A stretch of 64,000 nt of DNA from a virus (IMGVR_UViG_642973540_000001), one strand, 5' to 3'. Positions 36,522 to 46,203 are shown, counted from the first letter of the stretch. Translations and numbers: made by a program. The notes: a model not told the origin generated them from the letters alone.

Positions 36522-37782
36522 TTGAATCCTTTTGAATTTGTAAGTAACGAGTCAGTATTTTACCGACCTTTTCAACGTTTGATTTGTGAATCAACTGCTT
36601 CTTAGTCTGAATATTGTCAGTTTCTTTGATAGCCTCAACCACCTCTGGAGAGAGCTTTCTTGTTTGACTGACAGCTTCAGCAAGCATGTTCATCTGAAGA
36701 TACGGGACTTTCTGTAGTCTCGCGTTGGCATCAGAAACACACGTCATACAAAGCGCATTCACGATAGCTTGGTTATTGAACTGGTTATGTTCCTCTAACC
36801 ATAGCGCAAGTCGATTAGCGCGACGTACAAACATACCATGAACACGATGATGTTGCTCTGCACAGAACTGAGTAGCGACCCTGACAGACTTTGGAGCACC
36901 GATTCTCTCAACGAATGACAGTAGGTCTCTAACATCAGATTCGTGTCCATGAAGATTTCCACGCTCCGATAGAGTAAGTCTTTTACCCATGTCGTGACAT
37001 AAGATGCACAGGGACTGAGTGACCCTATCACCACTATTCCATCCATATTGCGGTAACTCCACTTCTTCGTAATGTTTCAATGCGAGAACGGTATGGTTCA
37101 GCACATCACCTTCAGGGTGGTATTTCTTAGGCTGTCTTACACCCTTCATTCCTGAGATTTCAGGGAACAAATTGAACTTACCACAAAGGCTAACAAACTT
37201 CCAGAAGTTTTCAGCAGATGCTGCTTTCTCAATCTCTTTCCAGATACGCTCTTTCGGGAGATGAGCAAGACAGTTAGCCTCAATCATTTGACGGAACAGT
37301 GCTTTCGTTTCAGGCTCAATGAACAGGTTATGACGTGCAGCGAATCTTAAACCTCTTAGAATTCGGAGAGGGTCTTCTTTAAAGCGGTCTGCATCAACCA
37401 CACGAAGGATTCTGTGTGCCAAGTCGTAACGGCTCATTGGATGAGCACAAATCAACTCATCAGTGTTTGCACCACCATTCACCACAGCAGATGCACAAGC
37501 ATTGATAGTGAAGTCACGACGAAGTAAATCCTCATCAAGTGTGACACCATCAGTCTCAACTTCGAAGTCGTTGTAACCTTCACCTGTTGAGTTCTCACGA
37601 CGAGCCATAGCAATCTCTGTACCGTCATCGGTGATGAATACAGGGAAAGCCTTTCCAACCTTTTTCAGTCCCAAATCAAGAAGCTGTTCTTCAGTGGCAT
37701 TAACGACCACAAAATCGTGGTCTGATGACGCTTTACCGAAGACTGCATCCCTGATTGAACCACCAACCAAGAAGAAGTCCAT
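36514..37782 (-). CDS. cca: tRNA nucleotidyltransferase (CCA-adding enzyme) with HD domain
   Basis: GGSIRD...DHDF head-domain motifs, HDMGK HD motif; start at MDFF (37782) 5 nt after upstream stop with GAGG SD. Confidence 0.8.
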   Translation of the reverse strand: MDFFLVGGSIRDAVFGKASSDHDFVVVNATEEQLLDLGLKKVGKAFPVFITDDGTEIAMARRENSTGEGYNDFEVETDGVTLDEDLLRRDFTINACASAVVNGGANTDELICAHPMSRYDLAHRILRVVDADRFKEDPLRILRGLRFAARHNLFIEPETKALFRQMIEANCLAHLPKERIWKEIEKAASAENFWKFVSLCGKFNLFPEISGMKGVRQPKKYHPEGDVLNHTVLALKHYEEVELPQYGWNSGDRVTQSLCILCHDMGKRLTLSERGNLHGHESDVRDLLSFVERIGAPKSVRVATQFCAEQHHRVHGMFVRRANRLALWLEEHNQFNNQAIVNALCMTCVSDANARLQKVPYLQMNMLAEAVSQTRKLSPEVVEAIKETDNIQTKKQLIHKSNVEKVGKILTRYLQIQKDSNA

Positions 37783-37789
37783 ATCAACC

Positions 37790-38140
37790 TCACTCAAACA
37801 GAATGCGCATGTCGTCTTTAGAGATTGCGAAGGTTGGGTAGATAGTCCCATCAACCTCAATTTCAATCTCGATGAAGGTTAAGCCGTGACGCTCACGGAA
37901 CAGAGTGTTAGCAATCTCATCACGTGCTTCTTGTGATTTCTTTCCAGATGCCAGTTTGAAGTTGGAGTAAGCCGAACCAACCTGCATAAAGCCGTTCTTA
38001 CGAGTGGCCTGATAGATTGGGTGTTTCTTACCTTCAAAGAACTTCAACAGGTTCTCACCCATCTTCTTTTCATTTGCGGTAGGCTTACCATAAAAGCACA
38101 TGGCATAGTTGTTGTGGAAAATCACATTTTCTTTCTTCAT
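37790..38140 (-). CDS. hypothetical protein (116 aa)
   Basis: ORF track; upstream of cca. Confidence 0.55.
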   Translation of the reverse strand: MKKENVIFHNNYAMCFYGKPTANEKKMGENLLKFFEGKKHPIYQATRKNGFMQVGSAYSNFKLASGKKSQEARDEIANTLFRERHGLTFIEIEIEVDGTIYPTFAISKDDMRILFE

Positions 38141-38213
38141 CTTAAAACCCTCTTTGTTGTTAATGTGTGTGTAATGTAACAGGAGTGGATTCTCAGGTCA
38201 AGAAAAATATGCA

Positions 38214-38239
38214 ATAAAAAAGGACTCCGAAGAGTCCCT
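38214..38239 (-). terminator. minus-strand terminator AAGGGACTC-TTCG-GAGTCCTT-TTTTTTATT (family copy 3)
   Basis: perfect stem, UUCG loop, T7 on minus. Confidence 0.7.
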
Positions 38240-38246
38240 TTATAAA

Positions 38247-39125
38247 TTACTGATTCTGTTGGGCTTTAATCAAGGCTGACATGTCGATAATCTGACCTTG
38301 CTGTTGACCCTGAACAAGGGGAAGATTGCCGCTCCACTTCTCTACCAGACGCAGTTGAATAACTGTCGGGTTCTGACGGAGAGCTTCACCCTGAATACGG
38401 ATTGCTTCAGCTTCACCTTGTGCTTTCAGGATTGCAGCGTCTTTTTCACCCTGTGCAGCATTCTTACGAGCATCGGCAGTTTGAACCGCAGTCAGTGCAG
38501 CTTGCTTCTGACGCTCTGTATGCTGCTGTTCAGAAATCTTCTGGTTCATCGACTCAACAACAGCTTTTGGTGGTAATGGGCTGCTTGTGAAGTAAATGTT
38601 CTCGATGATGATACCATACGGTGCAACCTGATTTGCAACGTCTGCTTTCACATCAATCAGAAGCTGAGTCTTACCAGAGCCGTACAACTCTTCAACGCTC
38701 AACTTAGAAGCATGACGGATAAATGCGTCACGAATCATGTTGTGCAGGTAGTTGTCCGTAATCTCATCAATACCCTGACGGTATTTCTGGAACAGGTCAA
38801 CAGCCTTGTTCGGGTCTACATGGTAAGCCAGACCAACGTTCACAGTCCACTCATCACCACCCTCTGAAGGTTGGATTTTGAAAGCCTGTGCGCCAGACCA
38901 TTCTTTGTTCTGAGTCGTTGTTGGGAACAGATACAGGTCATGACCCCAAGCAGTGAATTTCCAACCAAGACCGACACGCTGGATAGAATCCTTATCAGTG
39001 TCAGAGCCAGTTGTTTTCACGTACACACCGACATTGCCGGGAGTGACTTTGTTACAAGCGGTCAGTGACGTTGCACCGATAACCATTGCAGCAGCGATTA
39101 CGATATTCTTGAGCAGCTTTTTCAT
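38247..39125 (-). CDS. SPFH/band-7 (HflK/C-like) domain lipoprotein
   Basis: lipoprotein signal MKKLLKNIVIAAAMVIGATSLTAC; SPFH core and Ala/Gln-rich coiled coil KAQGEAEAIRIQGEAL. Confidence 0.75.
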   Translation of the reverse strand: MKKLLKNIVIAAAMVIGATSLTACNKVTPGNVGVYVKTTGSDTDKDSIQRVGLGWKFTAWGHDLYLFPTTTQNKEWSGAQAFKIQPSEGGDEWTVNVGLAYHVDPNKAVDLFQKYRQGIDEITDNYLHNMIRDAFIRHASKLSVEELYGSGKTQLLIDVKADVANQVAPYGIIIENIYFTSSPLPPKAVVESMNQKISEQQHTERQKQAALTAVQTADARKNAAQGEKDAAILKAQGEAEAIRIQGEALRQNPTVIQLRLVEKWSGNLPLVQGQQQGQIIDMSALIKAQQNQ

Positions 39126-39127
39126 TT

Positions 39128-39349
39128 TTACAGTTTCCTTTTAGAGGCGATTTCGCCAAGTCTTGCCATATTCTCTTCCATCTTAACAATGGCGGGTTCA
39201 ATGGCAACCATTAAAGAGTGCAACTCTACGAGAGTCTTCAAACCATCTGACACTTTACCAGTGTTGATGTCCTGTATCGCGTCGAGTAGGTGTATCTTAA
39301 TGTTGTCGGTCAGGGATGTCAATGCTTTTTCTTTCATTTCTTGACTCAT
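39128..39349 (-). CDS. small helical protein (start uncertain)
   Basis: ORF 39128..39445 overlaps next gene out of frame; candidate ATGs at 39349/39337. Confidence 0.3.
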   Translation of the reverse strand: MSQEMKEKALTSLTDNIKIHLLDAIQDINTGKVSDGLKTLVELHSLMVAIEPAIVKMEENMARLGEIASKRKL

Positions 39350-39548
39350 TTTTATAGAACTCAATATCCAGTAGTTCGTGAATGACACCTTTGATGCCCT
39401 GTTTAAGGAACACTTTCTCAGATGTCGGTAAAGTTGCGTTATCAATCAACGAGTTAAGACGAGAGTAGAGTTTCTTTCTGCGATTCTTAATCGTTGACTC
39501 ACTCGCGCCTCGTTGTGTTGCTAAGTGGTTTCTTCCACGATGTGTCAT
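39297..39548 (-). CDS. small DNA-binding protein with sigma-region-4/LuxR-like HTH
   Basis: HLATQRGASESTIKNRRKKL HTH; ATG 39548 overlapping upstream stop (ATGA); track used TTG 39563. Confidence 0.4.
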   Translation of the reverse strand: MTHRGRNHLATQRGASESTIKNRRKKLYSRLNSLIDNATLPTSEKVFLKQGIKGVIHELLDIEFYKNESRNERKSIDIPDRQH

Positions 39549-39754
39549 GCTTTCTTCTTCCAAACGTCTTTTGAGACTTTGAACAGGTTGTAAGAAAATA
39601 GCCCTAGTAAGGCAATCAGGAAGAGTCCCATGAAGAACTCAGTTGTGTAGACCTTAGACATGAAGTCTGGTAACTCGGTCACAACAAGAGTCCATAGCCA
39701 TAGCACAAATAGCCAGATTGCGGCAAGGATAAACTTAAACGTAGTCCGAATCAT
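39545..39754 (-). CDS. small two-TM membrane protein
   Basis: hydrophobic helices; ORF track. Confidence 0.5.
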   Translation of the reverse strand: MIRTTFKFILAAIWLFVLWLWTLVVTELPDFMSKVYTTEFFMGLFLIALLGLFSYNLFKVSKDVWKKKA

Positions 39755-40052
39755 TATCTGTTTCCTCTAAAAGGTGTAGTGGGTGATAACCTCGAATATC
39801 ATCACCAATGTTGTGATTCATCTCTGCGATACTCTTCTCAGAGAATCCTTCAAATACATGGAAGTCCTGACGACGAAGCACTTTGGATTTGCCAGCGTCA
39901 AAATAGACCCGCTTACCCATCATGCGACGAAACAGTTCTTCGTTGATAATAAAGATAGAATCATGACCGAAGCAATCCCATGAAACGACAATATCACGTG
40001 CCATTTCAACGTCACTCGGTACATCATCAGGGTCAATTACACTGTTCATCAT
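39735..40052 (-). CDS. hypothetical protein
   Basis: ORF track. Confidence 0.5.
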   Translation of the reverse strand: MMNSVIDPDDVPSDVEMARDIVVSWDCFGHDSIFIINEELFRRMMGKRVYFDAGKSKVLRRQDFHVFEGFSEKSIAEMNHNIGDDIRGYHPLHLLEETDNDSDYV

Positions 40053-40357
40053 TTTCCCATGAGTTGTGCTCTGAAACAGCGATTCTCATCAGCAAAGTTC
40101 CAGAATCTGTCTTTACAGTTAACCTTACCATGAGTCTTCGCATTAGAGCAAAAGATTTTATGGTAAGTCCTTTTCACAATCAGTTTACCACAGAAAGGGC
40201 AAGCGATGGTAGCACCAGTTTCAGCCGTCTTAGCACGGTTGTAGCGCACCTTCATCTTGTTTCTGGTTCGTTCGGTATCTTCCCAACGTTCTTGCCTTTC
40301 TTCTTCGGCAATCTCATCAGCGTAATCCCAAACTTCATCATCCATCCCGTAACCCAT
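40049..40357 (-). CDS. zinc-ribbon protein
   Basis: CPFCGK...C..A...C..K Cys cluster. Confidence 0.5.
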   Translation of the reverse strand: MGYGMDDEVWDYADEIAEEERQERWEDTERTRNKMKVRYNRAKTAETGATIACPFCGKLIVKRTYHKIFCSNAKTHGKVNCKDRFWNFADENRCFRAQLMGK

Positions 40358-40358
40358 A

Positions 40359-40616
40359 CTACAACTCTCCCACTTTCATCTTGGTAAGTGCAAGCCTTCC
40401 CTGTGGAGTTTCAAGAAGTTCAGCCTCAAGACATTCATCAATCCCTTGACTTCGCATGAACTCTTCATATTCAGAGTCAGAGATGAGAATCCAGCGGTAA
40501 TCATCACTCTTCCAAGTGTACTCTTCCAGTTCTGACCGGAAGCACCATGAGTCATCAGGCCAGACTACAATGTCATCTGGACTCAAGGGTTGAAACATAG
40601 CATTTTTCCGTTCCAT
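40359..40616 (-). CDS. hypothetical acidic protein
   Basis: ORF track. Confidence 0.5.
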   Translation of the reverse strand: MERKNAMFQPLSPDDIVVWPDDSWCFRSELEEYTWKSDDYRWILISDSEYEEFMRSQGIDECLEAELLETPQGRLALTKMKVGEL

Positions 40617-40849
40617 TGAACTACCTCCACAAATTGCATTTCATCCATAGCCAGAGCGATAGTACCTTCAAGGGTCTCAACACTCGTTCTGACCATATTC
40701 ACATCACCATGCTTCTCAAGGCCAAGTAGCTTGAAAGATGGTTTTGCACAGAGAATTGCTGCCATACGGATTGCCATACGACCAGCGTTTTTATTGTGAC
40801 GGATAAATCCTTCACGGTCTTTTACCCGAACTTCAAAAATCTTTTCCAT
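40583..40849 (-). CDS. hypothetical protein
   Basis: ORF track. Confidence 0.5.
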   Translation of the reverse strand: MEKIFEVRVKDREGFIRHNKNAGRMAIRMAAILCAKPSFKLLGLEKHGDVNMVRTSVETLEGTIALAMDEMQFVEVVQWNGKMLCFNP

Positions 40850-40901
40850 CGTCTACCTCGTTGTGTGTGAAGATACACATCCTTGTGCATCATGTCAACT
40901 G

Positions 40902-43592
40902 TTAGTGAACATCCAGCCAGTTCTTACCAACTTTACCAGTACCCGTTACCAAAGTCTCAGGCAGCAATCCAAGAGCTTTAGAGGCTGTACCGTACATCTC
41001 ATCAATAACTGCTTTAGCATCATGAACCATCTCGTTAGGGACTTCCCATGAGTTTTCATCGTGGTACGCACAAAGCAGTCTTGCACCGATAGCTGGTTTA
41101 CGACCGTTCAGTTTCATCAGACCTTTGTCAAGCATTTGACGGCAAGCCCAATTCACCGCTTCGTTCTGTACCTGAGCCTCGGAACCCATCAGAAGATAGT
41201 TCAGAATCTTATGAGGGCTGTTACACCACAGATAAGCCCCTGCAACGGTAATGAAGCCACCTTTACAGATTGGGTGAGTCTTACCAAAGACCTGACCAAG
41301 TGCTTTCTTAGTTGCCTTGAACTCATCTTCCAGACGGTCAAGCAGAGCCTTAATCTTAGGAAGACGTGTGAAGTATGTCTGTTTGATTCGAGCACCTTCC
41401 TCTGTAGTCTTCACTTTGATGGTCTTAGCAAACTTCTCATCACCACCACCGAACAGCAGACAGTAAATACCGTTCTTCGCTTTCTTACGACCGTTGCTAA
41501 TCTTGTGAATCAGGTCTTCATCCTGCGTTGCACGTGCAGTGATAATATCTGACTCTTCGTTCAGCGTAAACTGAATCGAGTTAAACGAGTGAGCATCAGT
41601 ACCAGTGTAGACAACGTACAAGTCGTTCTCTTCATCGTAGTTCAGGTACTTGTCAATCATCGGGTCAAGATACTTGTCCAGCTTAGAGCAGTAGTAGCGA
41701 CCGTCTTCTGTACGCTTAAACTCTACATCCTCTTTACCTTTCGTTACAGCGTAGGTGAAGTCAGGGTCACCCATGAAGTTACAAAGTAGCACAAGCTGTG
41801 CTGAGTTCATATCTACAGAGATAACGCTTGTACCTTCTTCACAGCCCCACACCTCACGCATCTGAGCACCATAGACAGCAGCAGATGAAGGGGTGTTTAC
41901 GATGCCCCACTGAGTCATACGACCAGTTGATGTACCGAACACTGTAGCACCTGCACTCATACGACCATCAGCACGAACCATGTTCAGCCAACCTTTCTCG
42001 TCGTGTTTAGGGTTTTCCAGTGTACGACGACGATGTTGTAAAGTGTTGTACTTCGCAATGTTCTGTCCAAGAGAACCGTTGATGGTCTCATAGGAACTTT
42101 CAGTCAGCTTTGGTGAAGTGCGTAAACGTGCGCTGTCCCATTCTGGCATAGAGCGGCGAAGTGTGTAATTGTACATCAGGTACTTGATACCGTCATGCTC
42201 AATCACTTCCAAGCCAAATTCATCTTTCCACTTGCGAGTGAACTTATTCAGACGAATCAGACGACCAGATTGTTTGTCACGACAAATCTTAGCATCTTTA
42301 CCATCTTTATCTTTCTTGTAGTTGTAGTCATCAGGAATCCAACCACACTTGTTCAGAAGGTAACCTTTCACCACGTCATGTTGTGACATAGTTGACTTTT
42401 CAAACGTGATACGTGTATGCGGTGCAGCAATGACACCATCGTAGCGGTTCGATTCCAGACCAAAGTGATTAACGGTGTGAGTATCGTACTCAAGACCTTC
42501 CGACTCACGCTTCAGAGCTTTCCACTGACAGTCTTTAGGTTTAGCTGTACCGTTCAACTCTTTACAAGCATCACGTGCTTCTTTCAAACTGCCAAAGATA
42601 GTCTTGACCACTTCACCTGTTACAACGTTCTCAACAGAGTAGGTCTTGATAATCTTCTTGTTAGTGGAACTGAATGTTGGTTTAGCCAGAGGCTTAATCT
42701 CAACACGCTTAGTCTCACCCTTACGCTTCATCATGCGATACTTAGTCGGTGGGTATTGAGTAATCTTGCGAACAGATTCATCGCCCAACTCATCAGCATA
42801 CGCAGACCAACCTTTAGCAAATTCTTCATAAGTGACTTTGCCTTTGTTCTTGATGGTCGGTGGCAGGTTCGGTTCAATCGCTTCAGCCAGCTTGACAATC
42901 TCTACATCGAGTTCATCAGCATACTTACGCATCAGTTCAACGTTAGCTTTCCAGCCATTGATGCCCTGCTGACCCATCCAGAAAGAGGTTTGTTTAGCAC
43001 GTTCATAGGTCTCTGTAGTGTCTACACCACATTCCTTGAGCATACGTTTCTCTTTGTCCAGCATACGCTTTGTACGGGCGTTGATTCGAATATCTTCAAC
43101 GACACGTGTAAGCATCTTACCGTCCCAAGTTGTCCAATCCTCAATCTCTGGCTTATGAACGCCACAACGAGCACCCCATGCAGCCAGACCATGAGCACCT
43201 TTATATCCACGTGGAGTAGGACGGTCATGCCACTGGACGCGCGACTGTACAAGTGAGTCTTGCCATTTGGCATCCCACGGCTTAACCGTGTGAATGTTGA
43301 ACAGGTCAGGTGCGATGTGGTTGAACACCCAATAGTCGTACTGGAAGAAGTTATGGATAACAACCTCTGCACAACGGTTCATCATGAACTCAATACCTTC
43401 ACGAAGACCACCTTTGATGTACTTAGTGTACGGGTGACCCATCGGTACAGGTTTATCAGTGAATACAAAGATTTGGTCATCTGTCTTAGACTTGTACTCA
43501 CAGAACGCCATAACGTGAACGTCATCAAACTCCATTAACAGGCCGTTTGTTTCCGAGTCACCTACAACGTGTAACAATTCTTGCTCAGGCAT
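40902..43592 (-). CDS. DNA polymerase, family A with 3'-5' exonuclease
   Basis: Exo I VVGDSETNGL; motif B RKKAKNGIYCLLFGG; motif C YHDE; 896 aa. Confidence 0.9.
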   Translation of the reverse strand: MPEQELLHVVGDSETNGLLMEFDDVHVMAFCEYKSKTDDQIFVFTDKPVPMGHPYTKYIKGGLREGIEFMMNRCAEVVIHNFFQYDYWVFNHIAPDLFNIHTVKPWDAKWQDSLVQSRVQWHDRPTPRGYKGAHGLAAWGARCGVHKPEIEDWTTWDGKMLTRVVEDIRINARTKRMLDKEKRMLKECGVDTTETYERAKQTSFWMGQQGINGWKANVELMRKYADELDVEIVKLAEAIEPNLPPTIKNKGKVTYEEFAKGWSAYADELGDESVRKITQYPPTKYRMMKRKGETKRVEIKPLAKPTFSSTNKKIIKTYSVENVVTGEVVKTIFGSLKEARDACKELNGTAKPKDCQWKALKRESEGLEYDTHTVNHFGLESNRYDGVIAAPHTRITFEKSTMSQHDVVKGYLLNKCGWIPDDYNYKKDKDGKDAKICRDKQSGRLIRLNKFTRKWKDEFGLEVIEHDGIKYLMYNYTLRRSMPEWDSARLRTSPKLTESSYETINGSLGQNIAKYNTLQHRRRTLENPKHDEKGWLNMVRADGRMSAGATVFGTSTGRMTQWGIVNTPSSAAVYGAQMREVWGCEEGTSVISVDMNSAQLVLLCNFMGDPDFTYAVTKGKEDVEFKRTEDGRYYCSKLDKYLDPMIDKYLNYDEENDLYVVYTGTDAHSFNSIQFTLNEESDIITARATQDEDLIHKISNGRKKAKNGIYCLLFGGGDEKFAKTIKVKTTEEGARIKQTYFTRLPKIKALLDRLEDEFKATKKALGQVFGKTHPICKGGFITVAGAYLWCNSPHKILNYLLMGSEAQVQNEAVNWACRQMLDKGLMKLNGRKPAIGARLLCAYHDENSWEVPNEMVHDAKAVIDEMYGTASKALGLLPETLVTGTGKVGKNWLDVH

Positions 43593-43630
43593 TTTCCGCT
43601 CCTTATTTAGTTATGAGCATGATACATGGT

Positions 43631-44107
43631 TTACCCATGACAAGCAAACTCACCGTGCAACTCTACACGACGAGTTCTAACAGCCGCTTCAGCAGCCTTT
43701 TTAGAGGTGTGATAACCACAGCCATACGTTTTACCAAACACCGTAACTCTGGCTCTCCAGCGTCCGGTTGACTCATCGTAAGAGACACCCTTGACACCTG
43801 ACTTGCTATCTGACCGAAGGGATGTGTTCCAACTGTTCATTGCACAGGTGGCCTCTCTAAGATTTCTCCAGCGGTTGTCATGCCTCTTGTGATTTTTATG
43901 GTCAATTATCTTTATCGGGTAATTTCCAGTGACGTAGTACCATGCCAGCAAGTGAGCACGATAAGTCTTACTGTTCACCTTGATTTGGATATATCCCGTT
44001 TTAGATAAATGTCCAGCAACCTCACCAGTTGACTTCCAAATGAATTCACCAGTTGATTTACGATATTTTAATAAACTCTTTAGTTCTGAATGAGTTAATT
44101 CACACAT
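43631..44107 (-). CDS. HNH homing endonuclease with AP2 DNA-binding domain
   Basis: HNH core ...AHLLAWYY...IDHKNHKRHDNRWRNL; AP2-like GVSYDESTGRWRARV..YGCGYHTSKKAAEAA. Confidence 0.8.
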   Translation of the reverse strand: MCELTHSELKSLLKYRKSTGEFIWKSTGEVAGHLSKTGYIQIKVNSKTYRAHLLAWYYVTGNYPIKIIDHKNHKRHDNRWRNLREATCAMNSWNTSLRSDSKSGVKGVSYDESTGRWRARVTVFGKTYGCGYHTSKKAAEAAVRTRRVELHGEFACHG

Positions 44108-44167
44108 GCTCCTATCCTCTTAATATTAACCTGTACATAGTATCACAGTCATCTATGAAAATAAACC

Positions 44168-44196
44168 TTGACACGCAATAAATATGGATGTACATT
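44168..44196 (+). promoter_or_regulatory. sigma70-like promoter TTGACA-N17-TACATT in AT-rich divergent region
   Basis: consensus hexamers. Confidence 0.4.
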
Positions 44197-44285
44197 CTTT
44201 TCGCCGTTCCTCTTAACAGATTCTTTAAAGAAAACTTCTATAGAAAACAATAAGTAACAATTAGATATAATAAGAGTCTTTACAG

Positions 44286-44315
44286 TTGACTTTAAAGAAC
44301 TGGATATGGTATGAT
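44286..44315 (+). promoter_or_regulatory. sigma70-like promoter TTGACT-N18-TATGAT upstream of 44345 operon
   Basis: consensus hexamers 30 nt before first gene. Confidence 0.45.
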
Positions 44316-44344
44316 TTTCCATCAGTTGATTATGGTGCAGATTC

Positions 44345-44752
44345 ATGAATAAATTAAATATACATCCGGTCTATCAAGATTTTATTAAATCTCTTGAAGC
44401 CGTATTAGCTTTGGAAAAGCAAGCACAGAAAGAGTATTCACATTGCCACGCTCAAATGGTTGATGTTCAGCATGAGATTGAATTGTCAGAGGGCTATGAA
44501 GACCTCTTGAAAGTGATTGTATTCGACCACTTGAAAGAAATCTCTCAAGAGCGCCGTAAGCACAAAGACACCTTGCTAATCTCTGACATGCTCCGTAAGA
44601 TGTTACGGGGTGGTATTGAGTTAGAAGACCTGTTAAGGCTCTTGGAAGACTCTGGTAAAGAGTGGAGTCGTCACTATACCCCACGTGCTGAGAAATCTCT
44701 GGATTTCCAGTCTCCTGAAAAACTTAGAGAAAGTAGGATTAATCGTGAGTAA
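44345..44752 (+). CDS. hypothetical early protein (135 aa)
   Basis: ORF track. Confidence 0.55.
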   Translation: MNKLNIHPVYQDFIKSLEAVLALEKQAQKEYSHCHAQMVDVQHEIELSEGYEDLLKVIVFDHLKEISQERRKHKDTLLISDMLRKMLRGGIELEDLLRLLEDSGKEWSRHYTPRAEKSLDFQSPEKLRESRINRE

Positions 44753-45359
44753 ATTCAAAAACCCTTTACTGATTCCCTGTCTCATCCTGAGTCAGATGGA
44801 TGTCATGCAGGAAGCGAATGAAATCATGGAGTTGCCTAAACTGTCTGAACAGAATGACTATTTAGACTACTTCATAGACCCTTCTAAGGGCATCCGTTAC
44901 TTCATGGCCTGTATGTATGGCATGACCGAATCCATCTTGAAAGATGATAAAGAGTGCTTCTGGAAAGAGTTTGCAAAAGTGATGAAGTCACCTGCAACCT
45001 TTGACGTTCCAGACTCTAAAACTCTGAACGGTCTGATTGATGAAGCGATGAAAGATTTCTTTGACGTTGCACCTCAAATTATTGGTGATTCCCCTGCAAA
45101 GGCTTTCACTGAAACGTGGTTTGATTCGGATTCTCAACCGGACTCTTACATCACTAAAGCGTATGCTATTGAGAGAATTACACCTTTCTTATTTGCTGCG
45201 ATTTATTGGTTGACAGACACTTCAGAGTCGCGTAGTCTTAGTACCTATCAGGAAGCAGTCGGACAATCTGACCTACTTGATAAGATTTACTCAATTATGG
45301 AGACTTCGAAAGTTTCCTCTTTAAAATACATCCAAAAGAAGGATAAGAACCATGACTAA
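44745..45359 (+). CDS. hypothetical protein (GTG start; track ORF extends to 44685)
   Basis: AGGA SD 8 nt before GTG overlapping upstream stop. Confidence 0.45.
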   Translation: MSKFKNPLLIPCLILSQMDVMQEANEIMELPKLSEQNDYLDYFIDPSKGIRYFMACMYGMTESILKDDKECFWKEFAKVMKSPATFDVPDSKTLNGLIDEAMKDFFDVAPQIIGDSPAKAFTETWFDSDSQPDSYITKAYAIERITPFLFAAIYWLTDTSESRSLSTYQEAVGQSDLLDKIYSIMETSKVSSLKYIQKKDKNHD

Positions 45360-46203
45360 CGAACAGCGCCTTGACCAGACTATGCAGCAGCTTCAGACCG
45401 AATTCAAAGGTGAGCTTCAAACGCTGACTGAGAAGTACGGTATCAAACCTTCTGGTAATCCAGAAGTCCCGTTCATGGTCACACTGGCTGCAACTGGTCT
45501 GCTGGAAGTTATCAGCAAAGGGACTGACACTCGCATCAAGTCTGACACCGACACTGAAACTGCTATGCAGACAGCATACGCAGAGATTGAAGAGTTGGGT
45601 GCTCGTAAAGGCATGATTGCCACTTGTCAGACGCTCTTTGCAGCATGGGGTCTGTGGGTTGCAGGTCAACCGTTCAACTACCCTGCACTCTTCGCAAAAT
45701 ACAGCGAAGCCCTGAAGAGCCTTGAAGAATCTGATGAGGTTCAGTATCAGACTCTGGTTCGTGAAACTCTGGCAAAAGCCAATGAAGCGACCGCAGCGTT
45801 TGTTGAACGCACCGATGCAGGTGACTATGATGAAACTCTGGCTGAACTGAATCAGTCTATGCAGGAGTTCTTCAAGCAAACTGAGAACTCTGACAAGTAT
45901 ACTGTCAGCCTGTCAGCAGCTTTGGTTCAGGTCTCTACAGAAGTGCTGGTACACAGTCACTATCTGATGAAAGAAGGTGTTGCACCAGACTTTGATACCT
46001 TCTGTGAGCAAGTTGCTCCAATGACAGCATTCCTGTTCGGGCAGACTCTGGAAATGGTCATGGACTACTGCATCAAGCGTGATATGCTTGCCAGCATTGG
46101 CGCTGAAGCCACTGACAAGTTCAACGCAGAGTTGGATGAGCTTTCTAAGCGTTACAGCGAAAAGGCTCGCTTCGAAGTTCAGAACGCTGGCCTGAGTCAG
46201 TAA
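45352..46203 (+). CDS. hypothetical acidic protein (283 aa)
   Basis: ORF track. Confidence 0.55.
   Translation: MTNEQRLDQTMQQLQTEFKGELQTLTEKYGIKPSGNPEVPFMVTLAATGLLEVISKGTDTRIKSDTDTETAMQTAYAEIEELGARKGMIATCQTLFAAWGLWVAGQPFNYPALFAKYSEALKSLEESDEVQYQTLVRETLAKANEATAAFVERTDAGDYDETLAELNQSMQEFFKQTENSDKYTVSLSAALVQVSTEVLVHSHYLMKEGVAPDFDTFCEQVAPMTAFLFGQTLEMVMDYCIKRDMLASIGAEATDKFNAELDELSKRYSEKARFEVQNAGLSQ

Noticed and set aside
44149-44346. 65-aa minus-strand ORF in the divergent promoter region
   Set aside because: It lies in an AT-rich intergenic region containing two good sigma70 promoters for the plus operon, and it has no RBS.
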